A DNA stretch of 64,000 nucleotides from the IMG/VR virus record IMGVR_UViG_3300037255_000025, positions 32,001-96,000 of that record. One strand, given 5' to 3'. The translations under genes and the position numbers were made by a program. Under the pieces are notes generated by a model. The model saw nothing but the letters and a program-made list of their open reading frames with translations, had not been told where the DNA came from and did no database searches. Positions 57,301 through 64,000 of the stretch are shown piece after piece (position 1 is the stretch's first letter; each line of letters starts with the position of its first letter). This stretch comes from a virus (lineage: Duplodnaviria; Caudoviricetes).

Positions 57301-58104
57301 ATCGACGCGCTTCTAGCTCGCGCGGCTCCCAGCGAAACTACTCGTAGGTCGCTGAAGAATGGGATGGTCGTGTGGAACCTCGGTCGTCGCCTATCGACGC
57401 TTCTTATTGGGCTATGCCCAACAAGGACTCTCATGTTGGGGGCCATGCTCCGCCTCAATCGGCCCGCGCTTGACCGGCTGCACGAGGCAATGGTCCTTGG
57501 CGACCGGCATAAGCGGGGCATCTGCACGGGTCGGCGCGAGCAGGCCGAGGCGTTTCAGATCCTCTGTACACTCACCGGCGCGCACGCGTCCGTTACGTAC
57601 CGAGACATGAGCCGATACAAGCTAAAGAAGTACCCAAGCATGGGGAACATCCCCGTGACCGAGGGGTGCTGGTTGTCGGACACGTTGAACCGGAAGACTG
57701 TCCAGGTCACTGCGGGCCAGCGCCGCGAGGTCGTGGCGCGCGTCCCGGTGTGGTGCCCTGTCGTGCCTAACACGTTCTTCGTCGCGCGCCGGAGTGACCA
57801 CGTGTTCATCACGGGAAACTCGCCCATTCAAGGAGGGGCGAACGAGTTCCAGCTCGCGAGCCTCGTAGAGGCCGTCGAGTGGATCGAGGTTGAGGGCATC
57901 GAGCGGGACGTGAAGCTCCTGCTGCCCGTTCACGATTCGCTCCTGTTCGAGGTAAGAGCCGATATGGTGAACGACGTTGCCAGGAAAGTGCGTCAGATCA
58001 TGACGAGCCACGATAGCGGTGGCGTCGCGATGGATGTTGACTGTGAAGTTGGGCCCGCGTGGGGCTCGCTCTCGAAGTGGAAGGACCCCGATGTTGTCGC
58101 GTGA
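54337..58104 (+). CDS. polA: Family A DNA polymerase with N-terminal UDG-like domain and intein
   Basis: CTRC/RCRP/AC; exo DVE, NVKFD, YNGRD; pol ADYKQAE, K..VFGVLYG, VHDS. Confidence 0.93.
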   Translation: MRDLPLYSALPVAAIEAEPSLDPDDRCTRCELSGLRRATDPETGEERVEPRDAKRPGRVCLGSDGGKNPRPGGVLVVVDTVTQDDDRPHPAGRVLSGVAGHMVRPLVSRWYPGPVTYAAATRCRPFHKLAVEHVEACRGYMARTLEDVRPERIIAMGSLAARSILGRSVQPNNVRTGYAYLLAGRYRDRPIPVYFVGAPKGAVDNRFLKTLLEQDIEYALTRPPPPLPPLDAVVRVVETAEDAEAAVAEMSAAPWCSVDVESAGQLFDPSFRLLCVTATPEREDEALSEDTWTWDEAALANPATRAPLARYLADPRARKCGANVKFDRSALVTNGFAVAGVDGDVRLWRKLLEAEAPADLATMVELVGMGGMKDEQKLAEAPAVDRITFGVHTERRLAKAKEADKKVGKLSAKAADGLAALADLDARLPHIAALVRDAGVESGAWAKAVVPDDTLLAYNGRDGVGTRRLLARLPRDLAINPQIDRIRRLVVDRAARAVARLEEWGVPVDMNALRAFDAHCTLSLRVTRERLDAEVGVDLNPGSPQQLAELLYRKLGFKPTKLTAGGQPSVDEEVLEKLRGKHPVVDLVLDHRKYAGLRSKYAGGMIPHVRPDGRVHCSILLDGAASGRASIKDPPLQQIPSNKRDPLYGKMARDVFAPVFGFLFLQADYKQAEFRVAAMLSQDPVMMADIAAGLDPHLATAKFISRVAWGISPDEVTDEHRSQTKSVVFGVLYGKTAGSLAAMFGCSREQAQKIVDAVMGRYKVLARWIKTNLREAQNTGYVWTQWAGEPARRRPLFDLGLRGDQNEGRRVHAANAATNCLDAETEALTRRGWVRGFDLRPDDVILTKNAATGALEWETMTDLRLFPDYEGPVVEFKSRSFSAVSTPNHRWLVETKSRQPGRRTCERTTRTLSPWGDDRIHRTGEYRPDVDSVLTPDEAELLGWFVTDGSIRKAHTVAGKQKNRRYSTTSARALIHQSGTANAANCSRIDALLARAAPSETTRRSLKNGMVVWNLGRRLSTLLIGLCPTRTLMLGAMLRLNRPALDRLHEAMVLGDRHKRGICTGRREQAEAFQILCTLTGAHASVTYRDMSRYKLKKYPSMGNIPVTEGCWLSDTLNRKTVQVTAGQRREVVARVPVWCPVVPNTFFVARRSDHVFITGNSPIQGGANEFQLASLVEAVEWIEVEGIERDVKLLLPVHDSLLFEVRADMVNDVARKVRQIMTSHDSGGVAMDVDCEVGPAWGSLSKWKDPDVVA
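56794..57819 (+). mobile_element. intein (342 aa) with LAGLIDADG-like domain
   Basis: CLDAET...TPNHRW...LLGWFVTDG...VWCP...ITGN/S. Confidence 0.9.
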
Positions 58105-58303
58105 CCCGTACCAACCGAGCGCCGAGCGCATCGCGCTCGTGGACGCGCTGCGCGCGACCTTGATGCGGCTGCTCCCGGCCCTCGGGCCGTCCGCGGCCGA
58201 CGCGGGGGCATGCTTCCTGGTGCGCCGCCTCATCGTGGACAACCGCCGCACCGCACGCACGGTACGGAACGAGCGCGTCGCGTACGAAGGAGCTGTCTCA
58301 TGA
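58091..58303 (+). CDS. hypothetical protein
   Basis: Overlaps neighbours. Confidence 0.4.
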   Translation: MLSRDPYQPSAERIALVDALRATLMRLLPALGPSAADAGACFLVRRLIVDNRRTARTVRNERVAYEGAVS

Positions 58304-58845
58304 GCGAGGCCGACGAATACCTCGCCGCCGCGGGCGATTACGGCAGCGAGCACCTGGCGCTCGATCCCGAGGCGCTCGACCCCGAGCCGGACGCTGGAGA
58401 GACCCAGATCCTGGAGGAGGAACTGGCGATCCGCGATCGGCTCCGGGTCGACCCGAGCAGCCTCGACGACGACCTCGCGCGGTGCGCCGGGGACATCGCG
58501 TACGCCGGCAGTCGGCAGGCGCGCGCGACGCTCCAGCAAGGCCGCGCGAAGATTCGGGCCAAGAAGACCAGGGCGATCGTCTATCTCCAATGCAAGGAAA
58601 CCGCGACCGACACGTACGGAGCCCGCGGCGCGACCGTCGACGTGATCAACGCCCTGGTGGACCAAGACCCCCGGTACCTCGACGCCGCCGAGGACGAGGT
58701 CGTGGCGGACGCGACGCTCACGGTGGCCAAGACCAACGTACAGGCCGCGTTGGCTCGCAAGGACATGGTGGTCCAGGTCGCGTCGTCCCTGCGCGCCGAG
58801 ATCGCGCGCGACGGTTACGTCGTGGAACGCCCGAAAAGAGCATAA
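58300..58845 (+). CDS. helical protein, possibly UvsY-like mediator
   Basis: AAGGAG SD; coiled-coil; between PolA and SSB. Confidence 0.5.
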   Translation: MSEADEYLAAAGDYGSEHLALDPEALDPEPDAGETQILEEELAIRDRLRVDPSSLDDDLARCAGDIAYAGSRQARATLQQGRAKIRAKKTRAIVYLQCKETATDTYGARGATVDVINALVDQDPRYLDAAEDEVVADATLTVAKTNVQAALARKDMVVQVASSLRAEIARDGYVVERPKRA

Positions 58846-58956
58846 CGCGCTACCAAACGAGCCCAACATCAACTACAGTTTTCCTCGCGGTCGGGCCCTC
58901 GGGCTCCTCTCGCAAACTCGTCTGAATCTGCAACCGCTAACGAAAGAAGCAACGTC

Positions 58957-59859
58957 ATGCCTACGTCGAATCAACGCACCGCGGCCCCGAAGTCGAGCTT
59001 GCTCGACTACGAGGAGTGGAAGCCCGAAGACGCCATCGGGAGCGCCCAGGAAGTCGCGGCGGCTTCCGAGTCGGGCAACTTCTGGAAGCCCAAGGCGGGC
59101 GAGAACGTCATCCGGATCCTGCCCGGGCGGCGGGACCTCCATCGCACGCCGCTCGTGCCGACCTGGAGCCATTATGTTGAGATCGCCGGGGAGGAGCGGG
59201 GCGTTTCGTTCCTATGCCCGAGAAAGCACAAGGCTGGACACGCGTGCCCGGGGTGCATGCGGCTCGAGGAGCTTCGCGGCACGGGCAACCCCGCGGATTA
59301 CAAGGCCGCGGCCAGCTTCCTCCCCAAGCTGCGCGTCTACGCGAACGTCATCGACCGGCGCGATCCCGGTGTCGGGCCCCAGACGTTCGCGTTCGGCAAG
59401 ACCGTGTACGACCCGCTGATGTCTTACCGGTCTTCGGACCCCGCGATCGACATCCCGTTCACGAACCCGGACGACACCGGCTGCGACGTCGTGATCGTGA
59501 AGAAGGGCGAGGGCAAGCAGACCGAGTACAGCGTCCGGCTGGCCAAGGCGTTCAGCGCGCTGTCGCACGACGACGAGCAGGCGCTGGCGTGGCTCGAGGC
59601 CATGCGGGACCTGCGCAAGGAGACCCGGATCCTGTCGACCCAGGACATCTGGGCGAAGCTCACCGGGGACGATGGCGGCGGTCAGGGTCACGGCGGCGGT
59701 CGCCCCGCACCCGCGGGGGGTCGCGCTCTCGGTGGCGGCGGTCGTCCGGCGGCCGCGGGCGGGTCGGCCGTCCGGGGCGTGGGTGTCGCGCGCCCGCGGT
59801 CGGTCTCGGACGACATGGGGTACGGCCCCGCGGACGAGGAACTCGACCCCGCGGATTGA
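58957..59859 (+). CDS. gp32-like single-stranded DNA-binding protein
   Basis: VIRILP, H..CP..CPGC, YANVI, acidic tail. Confidence 0.8.
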   Translation: MPTSNQRTAAPKSSLLDYEEWKPEDAIGSAQEVAAASESGNFWKPKAGENVIRILPGRRDLHRTPLVPTWSHYVEIAGEERGVSFLCPRKHKAGHACPGCMRLEELRGTGNPADYKAAASFLPKLRVYANVIDRRDPGVGPQTFAFGKTVYDPLMSYRSSDPAIDIPFTNPDDTGCDVVIVKKGEGKQTEYSVRLAKAFSALSHDDEQALAWLEAMRDLRKETRILSTQDIWAKLTGDDGGGQGHGGGRPAPAGGRALGGGGRPAAAGGSAVRGVGVARPRSVSDDMGYGPADEELDPAD

Positions 59860-60037
59860 GAAGCTTGGTGGGCAGGCCCGGGTAAGAGCCGGGCCCGTCC
59901 TTTGGTGAAACGCCGACCAAGGCGTCCCGTCTGGGTGCGCGCGCCCGTTGCTCTCCTCTTGCCAGACGGAGCGACGGGCGCATCCCTTCCCGCACCTCGG
60001 CGGGCGCCGCCAGCGGTCTTGCAAGGAGTGTTGAAGC

Positions 60038-61159
60038 GTGAAAGTTGCTCTCGTAGCGGACTGCCACGTGGCCTCGCACAAGCGGCTTGGCGGCGACCGC
60101 GTCGCGAGCCTGAACGAGCGCTGTCGGCGCACGCTCGACGTCTTCACGCGAGCGGTCGAGCGTAGCCTTGAACTGGACTGCGCGGCCTTCGTCGTGCTGG
60201 GTGACCTTCTGGACTCGCAGCGGCCGGAGCCGCAGATCCTCGCGGCGATCCAGACCGCGCTCGCGCCCGCGAAGGCCGCGGGCATGGCGGTCTACCTCCT
60301 GGTGGGCAATCACGACCAGGTGAGCGACCAGCCGGGGGACCACGCGCTCGGCCCCCTCGCGCCGTTCGCGACGATCGTGGACCGTCCGACGATCATTCAT
60401 GTGGACGGCCGTGCGCGCCCCTCGGGCTTGCTCGGTCTCGTCCCCTTCCGGACGGGCGCCGCGGATGCTTGGCTGCCCGAGACGCTACAGGGCTTCAACG
60501 CGCGCGTAGGCTCAACGAAGGCGCACCGGCTCTTGGGCGTTCACCTCGGCGTACGGGACAGCGCGACCGCGCCCTGGTTGAAGACCTCGACGGACGCGAT
60601 TGACGTTGAGGTCTTGGCCGCGGCGGCGCGGGACGCAGGGTTTGGATCGGTCGCGGCGGGCAACTGGCACAACCGGCGTAGCTGGACCGTCGATGGCGTC
60701 GAAGTGCTTCAGGTCGGCGCGCTGGTGCCTACGGGGTGGGACAACCCCAACGTGGCCCCGTACGGGTCTGACCCGTACGGGACGCTGGCGGTCTGGGAGG
60801 ACGGCGTGTTCTCGAACGAGGTGCTGCCGGGCCCGCGGTTTGTCCTGACGGACGCCGCGGGGCTCTCCGAAGCCGTGCGTTGGGCCGAGCAGCGCGGCCA
60901 TACCCTCTACGCGCAGGTCAAGGCGCCGCCCGAGAGCCTCGCGGCCGCGGTCGCGGCGCTCGAGGCATCGGGGGTCGCGGGTGAGGTCGTGGTCGATGGT
61001 AAGGCCGTGGAGGCGAAGGCACGCGAGGCCGCGGAGGCCGCGAGCAGCTCCAAGACCGTCGAGGCCGCGTTGGCCGCGTATCTCGACCGGTTTCCTTTGG
61101 AGCCCGGGGTAAGTAAGGAAGCGCTGGACGAAGCCGTGCGCGGCTACCTCGCGCGCTGA
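60038..61159 (+). CDS. Mre11/SbcD-like nuclease
   Basis: ADCH, GDLLD, GNHD, GNWH. Confidence 0.9.
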   Translation: MKVALVADCHVASHKRLGGDRVASLNERCRRTLDVFTRAVERSLELDCAAFVVLGDLLDSQRPEPQILAAIQTALAPAKAAGMAVYLLVGNHDQVSDQPGDHALGPLAPFATIVDRPTIIHVDGRARPSGLLGLVPFRTGAADAWLPETLQGFNARVGSTKAHRLLGVHLGVRDSATAPWLKTSTDAIDVEVLAAAARDAGFGSVAAGNWHNRRSWTVDGVEVLQVGALVPTGWDNPNVAPYGSDPYGTLAVWEDGVFSNEVLPGPRFVLTDAAGLSEAVRWAEQRGHTLYAQVKAPPESLAAAVAALEASGVAGEVVVDGKAVEAKAREAAEAASSSKTVEAALAAYLDRFPLEPGVSKEALDEAVRGYLAR

Positions 61160-61173
61160 AAGGGTCAACGACG

Positions 61174-61428
61174 ATGAACTGGGAACGGGCTCGACTGATC
61201 GCGAAGGACTTGTTTCCCCGACGGCGGCCGGTCCGGATGGGCTTGGTTGAGCGGCGCGGGGATCTCCTGGTCTTGAGCGTCGAGGGCAGCGAGGACGTGT
61301 TGGTGCTGTACGGCGAGGGGCTTCAGGGTGTCCTGGAGGGCGCGGCGGCGGCCCGCGACTGTGTGGTCGTGCGCGAGAGTGAGCTGCCCGGCTTCTTCGG
61401 CCACGTAGGGCAGAAGCTTCCTGCATGA
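61174..61428 (+). CDS. hypothetical protein
   Basis: Coupled between SbcD and SbcC. Confidence 0.55.
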   Translation: MNWERARLIAKDLFPRRRPVRMGLVERRGDLLVLSVEGSEDVLVLYGEGLQGVLEGAAAARDCVVVRESELPGFFGHVGQKLPA

Positions 61429-63200
61429 GGGTCTTGGAGATCCAGACCGAGCGCTTCATGGCGCTGGCGCCGACGCGGATCCGGTTTCCTCGGTCGGGTG
61501 TCGTGTTGATCACCGGAGGCAACGGCGCGAGCAAGACGAGCCTGCTGGAAGCCATCGCGGTGGGCCTGTACGGCAAGACTCTCCGGGGCACGCCTTGGTG
61601 GCCGGCGGGCGCGCTCGGGTCTTCGGCGGTCGTCGTGACCGACCTGGTTGAGGCGCGTCGCGTCCGTAAGGGCGACAGGGTCTCGCTCGCGTGGAGGCCG
61701 AACGGCAACGAGCCCGCGGGGCGCGCGCTCTTGGCTTCGCGGGGGCTCGAAGGGGCCTCGATGGACGAGGAGTTCAAGAGCTACGAGACCGCGACGCAGG
61801 CCCAGGAGGCGCTGTCGGCGGTCATCGGGACGTTCGACTCATGGCGCCGGTCGAGCTGTTTCAGCGCGGACGACGCCCAGCACTTCAGCGGCGCGACCGA
61901 CGCGGAGCGCAAGCGGCTGCTCGAGGCGATGCTGGGGTTGGATCGGTTCGATGCCGCGCTCGAGGCGTGCCGCGCGGACCTGCGGACCTTTTCCGACCTT
62001 GCGGTGTCGTGCGCGTCGATCCAGGACACCCTACAGCGCGAGCGCGACGTCCTGCGGGCACGGTTGACCCAGTACGAGACCGAGTTGGCCCGGGCGTTGG
62101 AGGACCTGGTGGTCCTGGTGTGCGATGAACTGCCCCGCGGGCGGTCGAGTGCAGCCTTGCGCGTACCCCCGTCGGACGCGATGGTCGCGGCGGCGTTGAA
62201 AGACGCGAGAGCACTAGACGCGATCGAGGCTGAGGCGATCCAGGCGGTCGGGCGCGTGCAGTCCGACTTGGTGCGAGCCCGCCGGGCCGTTGGGCTGTTC
62301 GCTTCGGGTCGGTGCCCGACGTGCGGCGCGGACGCGGTGGGCTTGTGCGACGACCATGCGGCCGAGGTCGACCGGGCGCTCGTGGCGGAGCAGGAGGCCG
62401 CGTACGCGCGCAACATCGCCCGGGCGGACGCCGAAGAGGCTCGGTGGTTGTTGTCCGCGCTCCAGCAACGCCGCGTGGAGCACACCGTGGCCGAGGACAA
62501 GTTCAAGACCGCGGCGATTGCGCGCGGGCGAGCGAACGGTCGTGTACGCGAATACCAAGAGGGAGTGGACAGGCTCAAGGAGGAACTGGAGGCGAGTCGG
62601 GTGGCTTGGGAGGATGCGGCGCATAACCGCGCGCAGGCCGACCAGCGTGTTCAGCTCCTCCGGGCAGCCGAGGCTGTGTTGGGACTACGGGGGTTCCGCG
62701 CACACCTCCTGGCCGACAACCTCGCGGGCCTGTCGGCGGTCGCGAACGCGTGGCTTCCTCGCCTCGGCATGCCCGACATCCGGGTCAAGCTCCACCCGTA
62801 CACGGAGAAGAAGTCGGGCGGCGTCTTGGACTCGATCAGCCTCGACGTCGCGGGCGTCGGGGACGGCTACGGCTACCGCGCGGCTAGCTCGGGGGAGCGT
62901 CGCCGCATCGACGTCGCGATCCTGTTGGCGCTCGCGGAGGTCGGGCAGGCCGCGGCGGCTCAGACGGGCAGCACGCTTTGCTTCGACGAGGTCTTCGACC
63001 GGCTCGACAGTACGGGCATCGCGGCCCTGATGGGTGCGCTCGAGGACCTGGCGCGAGACCGGGTTGTCCTGTTGGTGACACACAACGAAGAGGTCGCGCG
63101 AGGGGTAAGGGCGGCGATGACGATCCGGATGGACGCGGGCGTCGCGACGGTCTCTCCCGAGCAGGCCTTCGACGACGCAGGAGACACGCGCGGTGGCTGA
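61425..63200 (+). CDS. Rad50/SbcC-like ATPase
   Basis: GGNGASKT, CPTC hook, SSGE, FDEVFD.LD, VTH. Confidence 0.92.
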   Translation: MRVLEIQTERFMALAPTRIRFPRSGVVLITGGNGASKTSLLEAIAVGLYGKTLRGTPWWPAGALGSSAVVVTDLVEARRVRKGDRVSLAWRPNGNEPAGRALLASRGLEGASMDEEFKSYETATQAQEALSAVIGTFDSWRRSSCFSADDAQHFSGATDAERKRLLEAMLGLDRFDAALEACRADLRTFSDLAVSCASIQDTLQRERDVLRARLTQYETELARALEDLVVLVCDELPRGRSSAALRVPPSDAMVAAALKDARALDAIEAEAIQAVGRVQSDLVRARRAVGLFASGRCPTCGADAVGLCDDHAAEVDRALVAEQEAAYARNIARADAEEARWLLSALQQRRVEHTVAEDKFKTAAIARGRANGRVREYQEGVDRLKEELEASRVAWEDAAHNRAQADQRVQLLRAAEAVLGLRGFRAHLLADNLAGLSAVANAWLPRLGMPDIRVKLHPYTEKKSGGVLDSISLDVAGVGDGYGYRAASSGERRRIDVAILLALAEVGQAAAAQTGSTLCFDEVFDRLDSTGIAALMGALEDLARDRVVLLVTHNEEVARGVRAAMTIRMDAGVATVSPEQAFDDAGDTRGG

Positions 63201-64000
63201 CCTAGGGCGACGGCTACAGATCGTAAGCGGGGAGAAGGGGAAAGGCCGGAGCTTCACCGCGGAGGTCCTGGCGATGGCCAGCGCGAACGTGTGGGACAAG
63301 CACGAGTCCAACGCGACGAAGGAGCGGCCCGCGTTCGTGATGCTGGCCTGTCAGCAAGAGGAAGCGCTGCCGGTCTTGGCGAACCTTCGAGCGGGCCACG
63401 GTGCGTTCCTGTCGGGTGAGGGTGTATACGGGAAGGGCGTCGCGTTCGAGACGTTGAAGTCCTCGCGGTACCGTTGGGGGTCGCAGCGGATCGCGCTCCC
63501 GCGGGGCCAGGGTGCGGTCGTGTTGACCGGGCGCGTACCGGGCGTGACGCTGGTGGACCCCGGGCCGCAGGACCCCGCGGCCGACGTCAACTTCCTGATC
63601 GTGCCGCCGCGCGCGCGTCTCGAGCAGGAGACCGCGCGGTTGCCCGCGCGGGAGATGCTCGAGTACGGGGCTGCGCTGCTCCGTCCGCAGCTCTTCCGCG
63701 ACGGGGGCGAGCGGTGGAACCGGGCCGAGGTCCCGGTGGACGGACCGCTATGGCGTTTCATGCCCGCGATGGCGCTGTGGTTCTGTGCGTGCTTGGACCG
63801 CCGCACGGGTGTGCCGATCTTGCCGGACCCGCTCTTTCAGGTGCGCCTGTACTTGGCGGCCCTGTACGCGGGGCTCGCGAGCTGGTCGAAGCACGACGGC
63901 CAGAGCAACTACGGGAGCGACGTGCGGTTCGGTCGGCGCGGCGTCTACCTGTCGGAGTGGGGGTACGCGGGGTCCGGGCTCGCCCCGGGTGTCGCGTGTT
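63193..64000 (+). CDS. hypothetical protein, truncated by window end
   Basis: Open frame from GTG 63193 (VADLGRRLQ...) to end. Confidence 0.6.
   Translation, partial: MADLGRRLQIVSGEKGKGRSFTAEVLAMASANVWDKHESNATKERPAFVMLACQQEEALPVLANLRAGHGAFLSGEGVYGKGVAFETLKSSRYRWGSQRIALPRGQGAVVLTGRVPGVTLVDPGPQDPAADVNFLIVPPRARLEQETARLPAREMLEYGAALLRPQLFRDGGERWNRAEVPVDGPLWRFMPAMALWFCACLDRRTGVPILPDPLFQVRLYLAALYAGLASWSKHDGQSNYGSDVRFGRRGVYLSEWGYAGSGLAPGVAC

Noticed and set aside
43550-61672. Other GTAAG hits (43553, 52010, 57952, 61109, 61665) as promoters
   Set aside because: Intragenic and lacking the correctly spaced AA and/or a nearby start
1-64000. CRISPR array
   Set aside because: No regularly spaced repeat-spacer series or cas genes seen
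1-64000. tRNA/rRNA genes
   Set aside because: No convincing cloverleaf or rRNA signature by eye; tRNAscan not run

Overview
A very GC-rich contractile-tailed phage or prophage fragment. The host may be a myxobacterium, but that is a weak guess. 1-29 kb is a CIS-like tail/baseplate/tail-fibre module, interrupted by an IS200/IS605 element (TnpA+TnpB), a reverse-strand accessory operon with an RNA ligase, an S53 protease, a lipoprotein/holin-like pair and a DEDDh exonuclease. 30.8-43 kb is an early region (ADP-ribosylglycohydrolase, intein-bearing MoxR-like ATPase plus vWA-metallopeptidase, sigma-like factor, LexA-like HTH, ParB). 43-64 kb is the replication/recombination module (SF2 helicase with two inteins, initiator, DnaB, HNH, adenine MTase, primase, UDG-like/PolA fusion with intein, gp32-like SSB, Mre11/Rad50). 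The main unannotated signals are: three recurring promoter classes, mostly leaderless, including a bipartite AA-N15-GTAAGG motif that may be read by the phage sigma-like protein; an orphan TnpB omegaRNA-like scaffold abutting one of those motifs; several short intragenomic sequence grafts; and candidate structured RNAs. All calls come from motif reading by eye; no database searches were run.
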